A stretch of 64,000 bases of DNA from an uncultured Planctomycetia bacterium (GCA_964652265.1 CAZZAL010000001.1:37783-101782), one strand, 5' to 3'. Numbered from the stretch's first letter, positions 9,517 through 20,304 are shown. Notes: generated by a model not told the origin, from the sequence alone. Translations and numbers: made by a program.

Positions 9517-10146
9517 TTATTTCGAATACAACTCTACTATCAGCTGTTCCTTTATATCCATTCCTACGTCGGCTCTCTCCGGAAGCCGCGTAATATCAAT
9601 CTTAAAACCTTCTGTATCCACCTTAAGCCACTCAGGCACGCCCCTGTCTTTTACCTTCTCTATCGTCTCCTTTACGCCCTTTATGATCTTCTCCTTAGGC
9701 CTGGTATGTATGATATCCCCTGTCTTGACAGAGAAAGAAGGAATATTTACCTTTCTATTGTTGACAAAGACATTGCCGTGTAAGACCATCTGCCTGGCAT
9801 GGTCCCTTGAAACAGCAAAGCATGACCTGAATACGACATTGTCTACCCTTCTCTCTAAGAGCTCCAATAGCTTTTCACCTGTTACGCCTTTAGATCCCTC
9901 TGCGATGCCAAAGTATTTTCTGAACTGCCTCTCCAGCACGCCGTATATCTTTTTTACCTTTTGTTTTTCTTTCAACTGCAGGCCGTAGTTCGATATCTTC
10001 ATGCGCCTGCCCTTTCCGTGTTGCCCAGGTGCGTAACTTCGCCTGTCAAAGGCGCACTTATCTGTATAGCAGCGGATGCCCTTTAAAAAAAGTTTTTCGC
10101 CCAGTCGCCTGCAAACCCTACATGATGCCCCTGTATATCTTGCCAT
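9517..10146 (-). CDS. rpsD: 30S ribosomal protein uS4 (Zn-binding form)
   Basis: MARYTG..CRVCRR, LKEKQK, IVELYSK. Confidence 0.98.
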   Translation of the reverse strand: MARYTGASCRVCRRLGEKLFLKGIRCYTDKCAFDRRSYAPGQHGKGRRMKISNYGLQLKEKQKVKKIYGVLERQFRKYFGIAEGSKGVTGEKLLELLERRVDNVVFRSCFAVSRDHARQMVLHGNVFVNNRKVNIPSFSVKTGDIIHTRPKEKIIKGVKETIEKVKDRGVPEWLKVDTEGFKIDITRLPERADVGMDIKEQLIVELYSK

Positions 10147-10201
10147 GAATTTCTCCTTTTATCGCAACGCTCGTGACGCGCATAACGTGACACGAATATA
10201 T

Positions 10202-10588
10202 CTACACCCTACGCCTTTTTGGAGGCCTGCACCCATTGTGCGGAATGGGTGTTACATCTTTTATAGCGCTTACGCGCAAGCCTGCTGCCTGTATGGCACG
10301 TATGGCTGACTCCCTGCCAGATCCAGGTCCTTTTACAAAGACCTCTACATCTTTAAGCCCATGCTCGAGTGCCTTTTTTGCAGCATTCGAAGCTGTGACC
10401 TGAGCAGCAAAAGGCGTTGATTTTTTGGAACCCTTAAACCCGACAGACCCGCAACTGGACCACACAACAGTATTTCCTTGCCTGTCTGCTATTGTTACTA
10501 TTGTATTGTTAAACGTGGCCAGAATATGTGCTATACCACTGGTAATATTCTTCGCAGTCTTTTTCTTTGTCTTTTTTTTCTCTACCAT
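10202..10588 (-). CDS. rpsK: 30S ribosomal protein uS11
   Basis: [33 protein letters not shown]. Confidence 0.98.
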   Translation of the reverse strand: MVEKKKTKKKTAKNITSGIAHILATFNNTIVTIADRQGNTVVWSSCGSVGFKGSKKSTPFAAQVTASNAAKKALEHGLKDVEVFVKGPGSGRESAIRAIQAAGLRVSAIKDVTPIPHNGCRPPKRRRV

Positions 10589-10589
10589 T

Positions 10590-10991
10590 TTATTCTCCCG
10601 CCGCCGTCGGTACCTGCGTCTTAGCCTTCCTCGTTACGCCCACGGTCTTTCTTGGGCCTTTCCTGGTCCTTGCATTTGACTTTGTCCTCTGACCTCTTAC
10701 AGGCAAAGACCTTCTATGCCTGAATCCCTTGTAGGCGCCTACATCTATAAGGCGTTTTATGTTTTGTGTAGTGTCTCTCCTGAGATCACCTTCGACCTTG
10801 TATTCCTTTTGTATGATAGCAGCTATCCTGGAGACCTCCTCTTCCTTAAGGTCTTTTGACCTGGTATCAGGACTGACACCTGCGGCCTTCAGTATCTTAT
10901 TCGAAGACGGACGGCCTATACCGTAAATATAGGTCAAAGCGATCTCTATGCGTTTTTCCTTTGGTAAATCAATACCTGAAATCCTCGCCAT
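10590..10991 (-). CDS. rpsM: 30S ribosomal protein uS13
   Basis: [31 protein letters not shown]. Confidence 0.98.
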   Translation of the reverse strand: MARISGIDLPKEKRIEIALTYIYGIGRPSSNKILKAAGVSPDTRSKDLKEEEVSRIAAIIQKEYKVEGDLRRDTTQNIKRLIDVGAYKGFRHRRSLPVRGQRTKSNARTRKGPRKTVGVTRKAKTQVPTAAGE

Positions 10992-11010
10992 TACACATAC
11001 TCCTTCTGTA

Positions 11011-11124
11011 TTACCCTTGTCTCTGTTTATGCTTTGGATTAGTGCAGATAATCCTTATCACACGCTTACGCTTAATGATCTTACATTTATCACAAATCTG
11101 TTTTACTGACGGTTTCACCTTCAT
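11011..11124 (-). CDS. rpmJ: 50S ribosomal protein bL36 (Zn-binding)
   Basis: Below the ORF-track length cutoff. Manual translation [37 protein letters not shown]. Confidence 0.97.
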   Translation of the reverse strand: MKVKPSVKQICDKCKIIKRKRVIRIICTNPKHKQRQG

Positions 11125-11165
11125 CTCTTTTACCTCTTTGTTTAAGGACGTCGTGAACTCTTGCC

Positions 11166-11384
11166 TTACTTTGCCCTGTATGTAATCCTGCCTCTTGTCA
11201 GGTCGTATGGCGAAAGTTCCATCTTTACCTTATCGCCCGGCAAGATCTTTATAAAATGCATCCTCATCTTGCCTGAGACATGAGCAAGTACTTTATGCCC
11301 ATTCTCCAATTCGACCTTGAACATCGCATTGGGCAATGATTCAAGTACCGTACCTTCGACCTCGATCGCCTCTTCTTTTGCCAT
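11166..11384 (-). CDS. infA: Translation initiation factor IF-1
   Basis: [30 protein letters not shown]; ATG 11384 has SD GAGGT. Confidence 0.97.
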   Translation of the reverse strand: MAKEEAIEVEGTVLESLPNAMFKVELENGHKVLAHVSGKMRMHFIKILPGDKVKMELSPYDLTRGRITYRAK

Positions 11385-11401
11385 GCTCAATACCTCATCT
11401 T

Positions 11402-11438
11402 AATTTGAGACCTCTTGTAACGCCAAGGGCCTCAAATT
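11402..11438 (-). other. Intergenic stem-loop between map and infA
   Basis: Minus strand AATTTGAGGCC-CTTG-GCGTTA-CAAG-A-GGTCTCAAATT, about 15 bp; no U-tract follows. Confidence 0.6.
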
Positions 11439-12178
11439 CACGTCAATATCCTTGGTTCCTTGTCTGTTACGCATATTGTGTGTTCAAAATGGGCTGAAAG
11501 TTTCCTGTCCCTTGTCACTGCTGTCCAGCCGTCGCCCAATATCTCTATTTCAAAACTGCCCTCGTTGACCATGGGCTCAATAGCCAACACCATGCCTTTT
11601 TTTAACCTCGGTCCAGTGTCGGGCTTTCCAAAATTAGGTATCTCTGGATCCTCATGCATCTTCTGCCCTATGCCATGCCCTACAAAATCCCTGACAATAG
11701 AATAGCCGTTATCTTCCACATATTTCTGAATCGCATGAGAAATATCAAAGAGCCTGTTTCCCTTAACTGCTTCGGCGATCCCCAACCGAAGCGACTCTTT
11801 CGTAACACTTACTAGCCTCTTTGCATTATCAGGCGCTCTACCTACCTCTATAGTAAAGGCTGCGTCTGCATAAAAACCGTTTTTTTTAACTCCTACGTCT
11901 ACGCTCAATATGTCGCATGGCTTCAGTCGTACGCTGCCAGGTATCCCGTGGACTACCTGTTCGTTTATAGAAGTACAGATGTTTCCGGGAAAACCCCTGT
12001 AACCTTTAAAAGCTGGCATTGAGCCAAGCTGCTTTATCAGCTTCTCGGCTTTCATGTCAAGTTCTCCTGTTGCTACCCCTGGCCTTGCCAGCTTCCCAAC
12101 CTCGCGTAAAACAGTTCTTACAACCTTGCCTGCGTCTTCTATAAGGGCTATTTCACGTTCGGATCTTATCTCTATCAT
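11438..12178 (-). CDS. map: Methionine aminopeptidase type I
   Basis: NEQVVHGIP, GHGIG..MHEDP, AIEPMVN, SAHFEHT. Confidence 0.97.
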   Translation of the reverse strand: MIEIRSEREIALIEDAGKVVRTVLREVGKLARPGVATGELDMKAEKLIKQLGSMPAFKGYRGFPGNICTSINEQVVHGIPGSVRLKPCDILSVDVGVKKNGFYADAAFTIEVGRAPDNAKRLVSVTKESLRLGIAEAVKGNRLFDISHAIQKYVEDNGYSIVRDFVGHGIGQKMHEDPEIPNFGKPDTGPRLKKGMVLAIEPMVNEGSFEIEILGDGWTAVTRDRKLSAHFEHTICVTDKEPRILT

Positions 12179-12815
12179 TTAAAATTCCAAAGAGCTTTTT
12201 GTAAACCGCTCCTGCGTCCAGATCTCCGGAAATCTCTTTCAATAGCCCTTTTTCTTTATAAAAATCTATCAATTCCTTTGTCTGGCTGTTAAAGACATCG
12301 AGTCTGTTCTTTATTGCCTCTTCGCTGTCGTCTTTTCTCTGGTAAAGCCCAGAGCCACACTTGTCACAGATGCCTTCTTTTTTCGGCGGCATATTTATAA
12401 TATGATAGTTTGCCCCGCAATCCTTGCAAAGCCTCCTGCCTGTCAATCTGAACACTGCTGTCTTTAAACTCGTCTCAAAATATACGACAAGGTCTATAGG
12501 GAGCTTTAACTTCAAAAGCTCAGCATCTATCTTCTTTGCCTGGTATATTGTCCTTGGAAACCCGTCCAGTATAAAATCCTTATCCCTGGCTTCCTTCTTT
12601 ATTGCCTCAAGCATCATCTCGATCACTATATCATCCGGCACCAAGTCTCCTTTTTCCATGAAAGACTTTGCCTTCTTGCCGATCTCGGTAGATTTCTTTA
12701 CGTTCTCCCGCAGTATATCGCCTGTGGAGAGATGCAGGTAACCTAATTTTTCAGAGAGCATGACTGCCTGCGTTCCCTTGCCAGCACCTGGCGGACCTAA
12801 AAGCACCATCCGCAT
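12153..12815 (-). CDS. adk: Adenylate kinase (Zn-lid type)
   Basis: GPPGAGKGTQ, STGDILR, LDGFPRT, CKDC...CDKC. True start is ATG 12815, in a TAATG overlap with the secY stop. Confidence 0.96.
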   Translation of the reverse strand: MRMVLLGPPGAGKGTQAVMLSEKLGYLHLSTGDILRENVKKSTEIGKKAKSFMEKGDLVPDDIVIEMMLEAIKKEARDKDFILDGFPRTIYQAKKIDAELLKLKLPIDLVVYFETSLKTAVFRLTGRRLCKDCGANYHIINMPPKKEGICDKCGSGLYQRKDDSEEAIKNRLDVFNSQTKELIDFYKEKGLLKEISGDLDAGAVYKKLFGILNDRDKIRT

Positions 12816-14161
12816 TATCTTCGTCCTCGTATTCTGCCCTTCTTCATGAAACCGTCGTAATGCCTCATCAAAAGCTGCGATTCTATCTGTCGCATGGTAT
12901 CCAGCATGACTCCGACCACGATAAGAAGAGCTGTGCCGCCAAAGAAACTCGCTATAAGATAAGGTACCTTTAACCACGCGCCCAGCATATCAGGAAACAC
13001 CGCTATGAACGCCAGAAAAGCCGCACCCGGTAATGTGATCCTTGTCATGATAAAATCAAAGTATTCTGCTGTTTTTCTTCCTGGCCTGACACCTGGTACA
13101 AAACCGCCGTATTTTTTCATGTTGTCAGCCACATCAGCAGGATTAAACGTTATGGCAGTATAAAAATATGCGAAGAATACAATAAGCAAGCTATAAACAA
13201 CTGTGTATAAGATCTGGCCTCTTACAAGTGACTGGGCTATTCTCTGCAATGCCCCACTCGGTATAAAACCCGCGATTGTCGCAGGAAAAAGTATTATTGA
13301 CTGCGCGAATATTATAGGTATAACGCCTGCCTGATTGACTTTTAAAGGTATATAGGTGGCCTGGCCTCCGTAGACCTTCCTGCCTACTATCCTTTTCGCG
13401 TATTGCACCGGAATCTTACGCTGGCCCTGCGTGATCAAGATAACTGCTATGATAACCCCTATCCCTATGATAGACATCACCACCAGTGTAAATGGATTGA
13501 GCTGTCTATTCTCCGGTGAAAACGGAGCAATCAAAACAAAGACCTGATAAAGAGCTGTTGGCAACCTTGAGATAATACCTGCTGTGATTATCAAGGATAT
13601 ACCGTTTCCGATGCCTCGCTCCTGGATCTGCTCGCCTAACCACATGATAAAAGCAGTACCTGTGGTGAGCGTGATAACGGTCAGGATCCTGAATCCCCAG
13701 CCAGGATTACTGACTATGGTAAGCCCCTGAAACCTTGCTGGATTCTCAAGCCAGAGACTGATAAAAAACGACTGGACTATAGCAAGTACGACTGTGCCAT
13801 AACGCGTATACTGTATTATCTTGCGCCTTCCCGTCTCGCCTTCTTTTGACAATTTTTCAAGATGCGGCACCACAGTGATCAAAAGCTGCAGTATGATCGA
13901 TGCAGAGATGTACGGCATGATCCCTAGCGCAAATATAGTCAAGCGCGTCAACGCGCCGCCGGAAAACATATTCATGATGCCAAAGAGCGTACCACCCTGA
14001 GACCTTGTTACATTTTCAAAAAACTGCACAAGCGCTGCGCCGTTCACCCCAGGAGTAGGTATATACGCTCCGACCCTGTAAACGCTTAAAAGCGCCAGAG
14101 TTATAAAGAGCTTCCTTCTGAGATCAGGTATCTTAAGAGAATTCGCTAATGCCTTTAACAT
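12815..14161 (-). CDS. secY: Preprotein translocase SecY
   Basis: IFALGIMPYISASII, GIGNGISLII, VIPIIFA, GGFVPGVRPG. Confidence 0.98.
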   Translation of the reverse strand: MLKALANSLKIPDLRRKLFITLALLSVYRVGAYIPTPGVNGAALVQFFENVTRSQGGTLFGIMNMFSGGALTRLTIFALGIMPYISASIILQLLITVVPHLEKLSKEGETGRRKIIQYTRYGTVVLAIVQSFFISLWLENPARFQGLTIVSNPGWGFRILTVITLTTGTAFIMWLGEQIQERGIGNGISLIITAGIISRLPTALYQVFVLIAPFSPENRQLNPFTLVVMSIIGIGVIIAVILITQGQRKIPVQYAKRIVGRKVYGGQATYIPLKVNQAGVIPIIFAQSIILFPATIAGFIPSGALQRIAQSLVRGQILYTVVYSLLIVFFAYFYTAITFNPADVADNMKKYGGFVPGVRPGRKTAEYFDFIMTRITLPGAAFLAFIAVFPDMLGAWLKVPYLIASFFGGTALLIVVGVMLDTMRQIESQLLMRHYDGFMKKGRIRGRR

Positions 14162-14179
14162 ATCTTTCCTGTATCTAAA

Positions 14180-14623
14180 TTAAGTTATCTTCTCGCACTT
14201 GCCGCCTGCATTCTTGATTTTCTCCTGCGCTGATTTTGAGAATGCATGGGCCTTTATGTTTACAGGAACGCTTATTTCGCCGTCACCGAGTATCTTTAAA
14301 AAATTGACAGAACCTTTTATTACGCCTTTTTCCTTTAATACCTCAGGCGTAATGGAGGTCTCTTTTTTTAAACCTGCGAGAGAATCGAGATTTATAATAG
14401 AGTGATCCTTTTTTGGCCTTTTGCTGAATCCCCTCTTGGGCAACCTTCTTATAAGCGGCATCTGGCCGCCTTCAAAGCCCGGAGTAGTACCTTTTCCTGT
14501 GCGAGACATCTGGCCTTTGTGGCCCCTCGCGGATGTCTTTCCATGTCCAGATCCCGGCCCTCTGCCGACTATCCTTCTTCTTTTTTTAGCGCCTACTGAT
14601 GGCCTTAGATCTTCTATCTTCAT
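14180..14623 (-). CDS. rplO: 50S ribosomal protein uL15
   Basis: GRGPGSGHGKT, GFEGGQMPL.RRLPKRGF. Confidence 0.98.
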   Translation of the reverse strand: MKIEDLRPSVGAKKRRRIVGRGPGSGHGKTSARGHKGQMSRTGKGTTPGFEGGQMPLIRRLPKRGFSKRPKKDHSIINLDSLAGLKKETSITPEVLKEKGVIKGSVNFLKILGDGEISVPVNIKAHAFSKSAQEKIKNAGGKCEKIT

Positions 14624-14624
14624 C

Positions 14625-15140
14625 TTAACCCTCTTCCCGATCTGATCTATCGCGTTCGAGTCTTAAAAGCTTCAGGCCCTCTAATGTCGCCTTGGTAACG
14701 TTGATTGGATTTTGCGTGCCAAGGGATTTAGTAAGAATATCTTTTATGCCTACTGCGTCACAGATCGCCCGCACAGTACCTCCTGCAATAACACCTGTTC
14801 CTTCAGAAGCAGGTTTTAAAAGTACCTTGCCGGCACCAAAGCGGCCTAAGACCTCGTGAGGTATGGTCTTACCTCTCAGGTTTACTTCAAAGAAGCTCTT
14901 CTTTGCCCTAGCAAGCGCCTTTTTTATCGCCTCTGCCACTTCATTGGCCTTGCCATAGCCGCAGCCGACCTTGCCCTTGCCATTGCCTACGGTCACAAGC
15001 GCGGTAAACGAAAATCTCTTTCCGCCCTTCACGACCTTGGAGACCCTATTCACAGCTATGACCTTTTCTATAAACTGCTCGCCTTGAGCTTCATCGATCT
15101 TCCTCATCACTCTTTCTTTTGCCTTGCTTCTATCTATCAA
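14625..15140 (-). CDS. rpsE: 30S ribosomal protein uS5
   Basis: [28 protein letters not shown]. Likely start is TTG 15140 after SD GGAGGT. Confidence 0.95.
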   Translation of the reverse strand: MIDRSKAKERVMRKIDEAQGEQFIEKVIAVNRVSKVVKGGKRFSFTALVTVGNGKGKVGCGYGKANEVAEAIKKALARAKKSFFEVNLRGKTIPHEVLGRFGAGKVLLKPASEGTGVIAGGTVRAICDAVGIKDILTKSLGTQNPINVTKATLEGLKLLRLERDRSDREEG

Positions 15141-15156
15141 CGTAACCTCCGATATA

Positions 15157-15531
15157 TTAAAATTTAAGCCCGGCCTGGCGTGCTGCATCAGCCAACGCCT
15201 TTATCCGACCATGATAAAGATAGCCGCCTCTGTCAAATACGATTTCCTCTATTCCTTTTTTCTTTGCCCCGCTAGACACATAAGCGCCAAACCTCTTGGC
15301 TGCCTCTATATTCCCTCCAGACTTAATTGTCTTTTTAAACTCTTTATCGTTTGTAGAAAACGCGATCAGGGTCGAAGAAGATGCATCATCTATGATCTGC
15401 ACATAGAGATTTTTATGACTCCTATGCACACTCAGCCTGGGCTTATCTTTTGTACCTGATAGGCCTTTTCTTATCCTGTAATGTCTCGTTATCCTGCCAA
15501 ACTCTGCTTTATTTCTGCTTTTTCTTCTCAT
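15157..15531 (-). CDS. rplR: 50S ribosomal protein uL18
   Basis: [29 protein letters not shown]. Confidence 0.98.
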   Translation of the reverse strand: MRRKSRNKAEFGRITRHYRIRKGLSGTKDKPRLSVHRSHKNLYVQIIDDASSSTLIAFSTNDKEFKKTIKSGGNIEAAKRFGAYVSSGAKKKGIEEIVFDRGGYLYHGRIKALADAARQAGLKF

Positions 15532-16067
15532 TATGCGACCGCCTTACCTGCCTTCTTTCTCACGTATTCCCCTGCGTATCTTATTCCTTTACCTTTATAC
15601 GGCTCTGGTTTAAGAAAATCCCTTATCTCAGCCGCTACTTCACCGACCTTTGCCTTGTCTATACCTTCTATAACTATCTGGTTTGGCTTCGGTGTCTTCA
15701 CGCTGATACCCTCTGGCACTGAATAACTGACAGGGTGAGAAAATCCCAATTGCAGCTTAATATCTTTCCCTTGCATCTGCGCACGATAGCCGACCCCGAT
15801 GATCTCCAGTCTCTTTGTATACCCCTCGCTTACGCCCTTCACCATATTGCTTATATAGGCCCTTGTCAATCCGTGAACCGAATAGCCGATCTTGTCTTGC
15901 CTTAGCCTGTTTACAACAACCTCTTTCTCAGCTATCTTGACCTCTACGCCTTCAGGCAGCAACCACTCCAGCTTTCCTTTTGGCCCTTCTGTCAAGACCT
16001 TGCCTGTCTTTATCTCGATCTTGACCTTATCCGGGACCTGTATCGCCCTTTTACCTATTCTAGACAT
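15531..16067 (-). CDS. rplF: 50S ribosomal protein uL6
   Basis: MSRIGK, LGFSHP, PEPYKGKGIRY. Confidence 0.98.
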   Translation of the reverse strand: MSRIGKRAIQVPDKVKIEIKTGKVLTEGPKGKLEWLLPEGVEVKIAEKEVVVNRLRQDKIGYSVHGLTRAYISNMVKGVSEGYTKRLEIIGVGYRAQMQGKDIKLQLGFSHPVSYSVPEGISVKTPKPNQIVIEGIDKAKVGEVAAEIRDFLKPEPYKGKGIRYAGEYVRKKAGKAVA

Positions 16068-16086
16068 GAATTTGTTCCTTTATAAA

Positions 16087-16485
16087 TCACCACACGTGGC
16101 AGAGTATTTCTCCACCAGTCTGCATCTCTTTTGCCTGCACGTCTGTCACTATTCCTCTGGAGGTGGATAAAATAGCTATACCCAGACCTTGAAGCACAGA
16201 AGGTATCTCGTCTTTTTTAACATAATTCCTGAGGCCGGGCCTTGAGATCCTCTTTAATCCTTTTATTGCAGAGGCACCGGTCTTTGTGTACTTCAGGTAG
16301 ACCCTCAGGATGCCCTGTTTTTTATCTTCGATAAATTTGAAATCCTTTATAAAGTTCTCTCTCTTCAAGATATTCAATATCTCCTGCGAGAGCTTTGAGA
16401 ACGGAACATCCACCTTTATCTTGTTGGAGGTGGTCCCATTCCTTACTATTGTCAGCGTATTAGCTATAGGATCTGTTAAGCTCAT
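16087..16485 (-). CDS. rpsH: 30S ribosomal protein uS8
   Basis: TDPIA, RISRPGLR, GIAILSTSRG. Confidence 0.98.
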   Translation of the reverse strand: MSLTDPIANTLTIVRNGTTSNKIKVDVPFSKLSQEILNILKRENFIKDFKFIEDKKQGILRVYLKYTKTGASAIKGLKRISRPGLRNYVKKDEIPSVLQGLGIAILSTSRGIVTDVQAKEMQTGGEILCHVW

Positions 16486-16509
16486 TTAGGTTCTCCCTTT
16501 AATATTCTT

Positions 16510-16695
16510 CTACCAGCTGGCCTTTGTTACGCCCGGTATCTCGCCCCTAGAAGCCATCTCCCGGAAACATATACGGCATATCTGAAACTTCCTCATGTAC
16601 GCGCGACGCCTACCGCACAAACGACATCTATTATAAGCTCGCACCTTAAACTTAGGGGTCTTCTTTTGTTTTGCTATCAAGCACTCTTTTGCCAT
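16510..16695 (-). CDS. rpsN: 30S ribosomal protein uS14 (type Z, Zn-binding)
   Basis: CRLCGR...CRICFR, 61 aa, ends KASW. Confidence 0.98.
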   Translation of the reverse strand: MAKECLIAKQKKTPKFKVRAYNRCRLCGRRRAYMRKFQICRICFREMASRGEIPGVTKASW

Positions 16696-16698
16696 GCG

Positions 16699-17268
16699 TT
16701 ATCGCCCCGTCTCTTTCTTTTTTAATTCTCCTGCGAACGGCATGCCAAAAAGCTTCAAGAGTTCGTAGGATTCTTCCCTGGATCCTGACCTTATCTGTAT
16801 AATAACATCCATTCCCTGGACCCTGGGGAGCCTGTCGACATCTATCTCTGGGAATATAGTCTGGTCATTTAAACCAACGGCGTAATTTCCCTTGTGATCA
16901 AATGAATTGGCGTTCACGCCTCTAAAATCCCTGATCCTGGGCAATGCCACATTCACAAACCTGTCTAAAAATTCATACATACGGGTCCCGCGCAATGTTA
17001 CCTTGCAACCAACAGGCACGCCCTTGCGTATCTTAAAATTTGCTATTGCCTTCCTCGCCCTTGTCATGGCAGGTTTTTGACCTGCTATAAGAGCCAACTC
17101 TGCCATGGCCTGCTCAAGGATCTTTATGTCTTGGCTGGCAGTACCGATACCCATGTTCAAAACGATCTTCTGGATACACGGTGCCTGCAATGGATTTTTA
17201 TAACTAAATCGTTCTTTTAGCGCTGGGACTATATCTTTTTTATATCTTTCTAGTAGTCTAGGTGTCAT
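16699..17268 (-). CDS. rplE: 50S ribosomal protein uL5
   Basis: KIVLNMG, GCKVTLRG, LPRIRDFRG, GMPF. Confidence 0.98.
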   Translation of the reverse strand: MTPRLLERYKKDIVPALKERFSYKNPLQAPCIQKIVLNMGIGTASQDIKILEQAMAELALIAGQKPAMTRARKAIANFKIRKGVPVGCKVTLRGTRMYEFLDRFVNVALPRIRDFRGVNANSFDHKGNYAVGLNDQTIFPEIDVDRLPRVQGMDVIIQIRSGSREESYELLKLFGMPFAGELKKKETGR

Positions 17269-17269
17269 T

Positions 17270-17581
17270 TTATATCAATTCCTTACATAGCTTACAGATC
17301 CTGACTTTAGTGCCGTCGGAAAGTGTGTTAAAGCTGACCTTTGCTGGTTTCGCGCATTTCTGGCACACTACCATCAGATTGGAAAGGTTGACAGGACTTT
17401 CCTTCTGTATGATGCCGCCCTGTTGATCTTCTTTTGTGCGCCTTGCGTGTTTCTTAACAAGGTTCAAACCCTGTACAAGGGCCCTGTCTATTTTTGGATA
17501 GACAAAGATCACCTTGCCTGATTTGCCTTTATCTTTTCCTGCCAAAAGTTTCACTGTGTCGTTCTTCTTTATCCTTGCCAT
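17270..17581 (-). CDS. rplX: 50S ribosomal protein uL24
   Basis: [23 protein letters not shown]; carries CxxC...CxxC. Confidence 0.97.
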   Translation of the reverse strand: MARIKKNDTVKLLAGKDKGKSGKVIFVYPKIDRALVQGLNLVKKHARRTKEDQQGGIIQKESPVNLSNLMVVCQKCAKPAKVSFNTLSDGTKVRICKLCKELI

Positions 17582-17593
17582 CTTTTCCTCGCG

Positions 17594-17962
17594 CTATATC
17601 ACTTCCGGTGCAAGCGAGACGATCTTCATGAAATTTTTGTCTCGCAGCTCTCTGGCCACAGGCCCAAAGATCCTTGTCCCTCTTGGATTCATTTGAAGGT
17701 CTATAATGACTATCGCATTTCTATCAAACCTCAGATACGATCCATCGCTTCTTCTGATAGAGTTCACGCTTCTCACTATAACCGCCTTTACTACCTCGCC
17801 TTCCTTAACCACACCGTCAGGGCTTGCTTCCTTTATATTAGCGGATATGATATCTCCTATGTCAGCAAACCTCTTGCCATGTCTGCCTATTACACCTATG
17901 CAGCTTGCCATTTTGGCCCCTGTATTATCAGCTACGTCTAAGATCGTACGCATCGTAATCAT
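17594..17962 (-). CDS. rplN: 50S ribosomal protein uL14
   Basis: [26 protein letters not shown]. Confidence 0.98.
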   Translation of the reverse strand: MITMRTILDVADNTGAKMASCIGVIGRHGKRFADIGDIISANIKEASPDGVVKEGEVVKAVIVRSVNSIRRSDGSYLRFDRNAIVIIDLQMNPRGTRIFGPVARELRDKNFMKIVSLAPEVI

Positions 17963-17964
17963 GA

Positions 17965-18213
17965 TTATTTAAGTACCTCGACTAATCGCCACTTTTTATT
18001 TTTAGATATCGGCCTTGTTTCCTGAAGCCTGACCTTATCGCCTACCTTGGCGGCTTCTTTCTCATCATGGGCCATGACCTTGCTGGAGGTTTTCATAACA
18101 CGCCTGTACATAGGGTGCTTTGTGATCCTGGTCAATCTAACGACAATGCCCTTTTTCATCTTATCGCTTATTACAACACCGGTTCTTTCTTTACGCCTCG
18201 CTCTCGCTTCCAT
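17965..18213 (-). CDS. rpsQ: 30S ribosomal protein uS17
   Basis: [22 protein letters not shown]. Confidence 0.97.
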   Translation of the reverse strand: MEARARRKERTGVVISDKMKKGIVVRLTRITKHPMYRRVMKTSSKVMAHDEKEAAKVGDKVRLQETRPISKNKKWRLVEVLK

Positions 18214-18218
18214 TTTAA

Positions 18219-18410
18219 TTACTTCTCCTTCTCTCTTAGTATCGTCAAGATTCTGGCGACATCGCGACGCGCTTCTTTGATCTTGCTAGGCTTTTCTATG
18301 CGGCCTGTTGCACCCTGCGAGCGCATTTCGTACAGAGACTTTTTTAACGCTAATAATTTTTCTTTCATTTCCTCTTTTGATAGATTTCTTATTTCAGCTG
18401 ATTTCATCAT
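18219..18410 (-). CDS. rpmC: 50S ribosomal protein uL29
   Basis: EIRNLS, RRDVARILT; lies between rplP and rpsQ. Confidence 0.96.
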   Translation of the reverse strand: MMKSAEIRNLSKEEMKEKLLALKKSLYEMRSQGATGRIEKPSKIKEARRDVARILTILREKEK

Positions 18411-18415
18411 TGTCT

Positions 18416-18835
18416 TTAACCGCGTTCTTTTCTTGTAACAAAGCGTGTTTTAAAAGGTAGTTTTGATGCTGCATACCTCATGGCTTCCCTGGCAATGTCT
18501 TCATTCACTCCTCCGAGTTCAAAGACGACCTTCCCTCTGCGGACAACGCTGACCCAATGAAGTGGCATACCTTTGCCTTTTCCCATCCTTGTCTCTGCAG
18601 GTTTTTTAGTAGCAGACTTATCAGGAAAAGCCCTTATCCACATCTTTCCTGCACCTGCCAGAGCGCGCATGACACTGATCCTGCATGCCTCTATCTGTAC
18701 ATTTGTAAGCCAGGAGTTCTCCATGGCCTGCAATCCACAGTCGCCAAAAGAAATCTTTGACCCTCTGGTAGCAATGCCTCTCATTCTGCCTCTTTGATAC
18801 TTTCTATATTTTACTCTCTTCGGCATTAATGGCAT
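18416..18835 (-). CDS. rplP: 50S ribosomal protein uL16
   Basis: [20 protein letters not shown]. Confidence 0.98.
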   Translation of the reverse strand: MPLMPKRVKYRKYQRGRMRGIATRGSKISFGDCGLQAMENSWLTNVQIEACRISVMRALAGAGKMWIRAFPDKSATKKPAETRMGKGKGMPLHWVSVVRRGKVVFELGGVNEDIAREAMRYAASKLPFKTRFVTRKERG

Positions 18836-18841
18836 AGTCTG

Positions 18842-19516
18842 TTACCCTTTAACTTCAGGAGTTTCCTTCTTTAACAACCCTTTTTTGCCTACGATCACGT
18901 CTCCTGTGTAGATCCAGGCCTTGATGCCTATCAAACCAGCTGTGGTATGCGCCTCTGTAAACCCATAATCGACATTGGCCCTTATGGTCTGAAGCGGAAC
19001 GCTTCCCTGCATATAAGATTCTTTTCTTGCTATCTCTGCGCCGTCCAGCCTGCCGCGGCACCTCAATTTAATACCCTTCGCACCTGAGTTCATCGCCTGC
19101 TGCACAGCCCTCTTCATCGCCCTTCTAAAAGAGATCCTTTTCTCTAATTGAAACGCAATATTCTCAGCCACAAGCTGCGCTGAGATCGAAGGTACTTTTA
19201 TTTCCTTTATATCTATTTGCATGTCCCTGTTTATTATCTCCCTAAGCTCATCCCTGAGCCTGTCTATCTCTGCGCCTTTTCTCCCTATTATCACACCAGG
19301 CCTTCCGCTATATATTATTATACGCACCCGGCCACTCGCCCTTTCTATATCGATCTTGGCAATAGCAGCCTGCATCAGACTCTTTTTTATATGTTTCCTT
19401 ATATTAGCGTCCTCTATCAGCAGGGGACCGAAATCCTTTTTCTTGGCAAACCATCTGGAGCCCCAATCCTTTATGTAGCCTAACCTAAAACTGTATGGAT
19501 GTACTTTTTGGCCCAA
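18842..19516 (-). CDS. rpsC: 30S ribosomal protein uS3
   Basis: MGQKVHP, RPGVIIGRKG, GRLDGAEIAR. Confidence 0.98.
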   Translation of the reverse strand: MGQKVHPYSFRLGYIKDWGSRWFAKKKDFGPLLIEDANIRKHIKKSLMQAAIAKIDIERASGRVRIIIYSGRPGVIIGRKGAEIDRLRDELREIINRDMQIDIKEIKVPSISAQLVAENIAFQLEKRISFRRAMKRAVQQAMNSGAKGIKLRCRGRLDGAEIARKESYMQGSVPLQTIRANVDYGFTEAHTTAGLIGIKAWIYTGDVIVGKKGLLKKETPEVKG

Positions 19517-19527
19517 TGTATTTCTCC

Positions 19528-19983
19528 TTATTTAGTTTTCTTTGCCTTGGTTGCGGTTTTTTGTTTCTTAATTTGCGGCTTCGGCGCTTTCGCCTTTACC
19601 GTTTGTTTTTTCTCGGTTACTGTTGGCTGTTTTTTGCTCTCAACAGGTCTCTTGATCCTATCCAGTTCCAGTGTAATATGCGAAGTCCTGTGTCTGATCA
19701 TTGTTGCGCGTCCCATTGACGCAGCCCTGTATCTTTTAAGCATGGGGCCCTGGTCTGCCTTTATCAAAGAGATGCGCAGGTCAGCCGGAGAAAGATGAGA
19801 GTTCTTGTCTGCGCTATCAATAGCTGAGGAGAGAAGCCTCTTTATATAAACACACGGTCTCTTCTGGAGCGTCTCAAGGAGCGCTTCTGCCTTTACAACT
19901 GGCATACCCCTTACTAGGTCTATGACCTTTCGCGTCTTTCTTGGTGAAACCCGGATGTATCTTGCAATTGCCCTTGTTACCAT
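19528..19983 (-). CDS. rplV: 50S ribosomal protein uL22 with Lys-rich C-terminal tail
   Basis: RYIRVSPRK, GPMLKR, RTSHIT; likely start ATG 19983. Confidence 0.95.
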   Translation of the reverse strand: MVTRAIARYIRVSPRKTRKVIDLVRGMPVVKAEALLETLQKRPCVYIKRLLSSAIDSADKNSHLSPADLRISLIKADQGPMLKRYRAASMGRATMIRHRTSHITLELDRIKRPVESKKQPTVTEKKQTVKAKAPKPQIKKQKTATKAKKTK

Positions 19984-20013
19984 AATGGTATTCCCCAGCA
20001 ATGATCCTAAAAG

Positions 20014-20298
20014 TTAGGTCTTGGCCTGAGATTGCTCTGTATGAGCTCCATGCTTCCTAAAGAGCCTGGTCGGAGAAAACTCACCCAGTTTATGACCTAC
20101 CATATTCTCTGTGATGAAGACCGGTATAAATTTCCTGCCGTTATAAATCGACATGGTCTGCCCTACGAATTCCGGAAGGATAGTGGACCTGCGGGACCAT
20201 GTCTTTATAGGCTTTCTGTCCCTGGTCTTTATCGCATCCTGGACCTTTTTTACCAGCTTTTCATCTACAAATGGACCTTTTTTTAATGATCTTCCCAT
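20014..20298 (-). CDS. rpsS: 30S ribosomal protein uS19
   Basis: [25 protein letters not shown]. Confidence 0.98.
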   Translation of the reverse strand: MGRSLKKGPFVDEKLVKKVQDAIKTRDRKPIKTWSRRSTILPEFVGQTMSIYNGRKFIPVFITENMVGHKLGEFSPTRLFRKHGAHTEQSQAKT

Positions 20299-20304
20299 AT
20301 CTTA

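Noticed and set aside
12816-12977. Apparent 54-aa N-terminal extension of Adk (similar apparent extensions on uS5, uL4, the LeuD-like protein and MnmA)
   Set aside because: Artefact of longest-ORF calling; better starts with an SD or stop/start coupling exist downstream.
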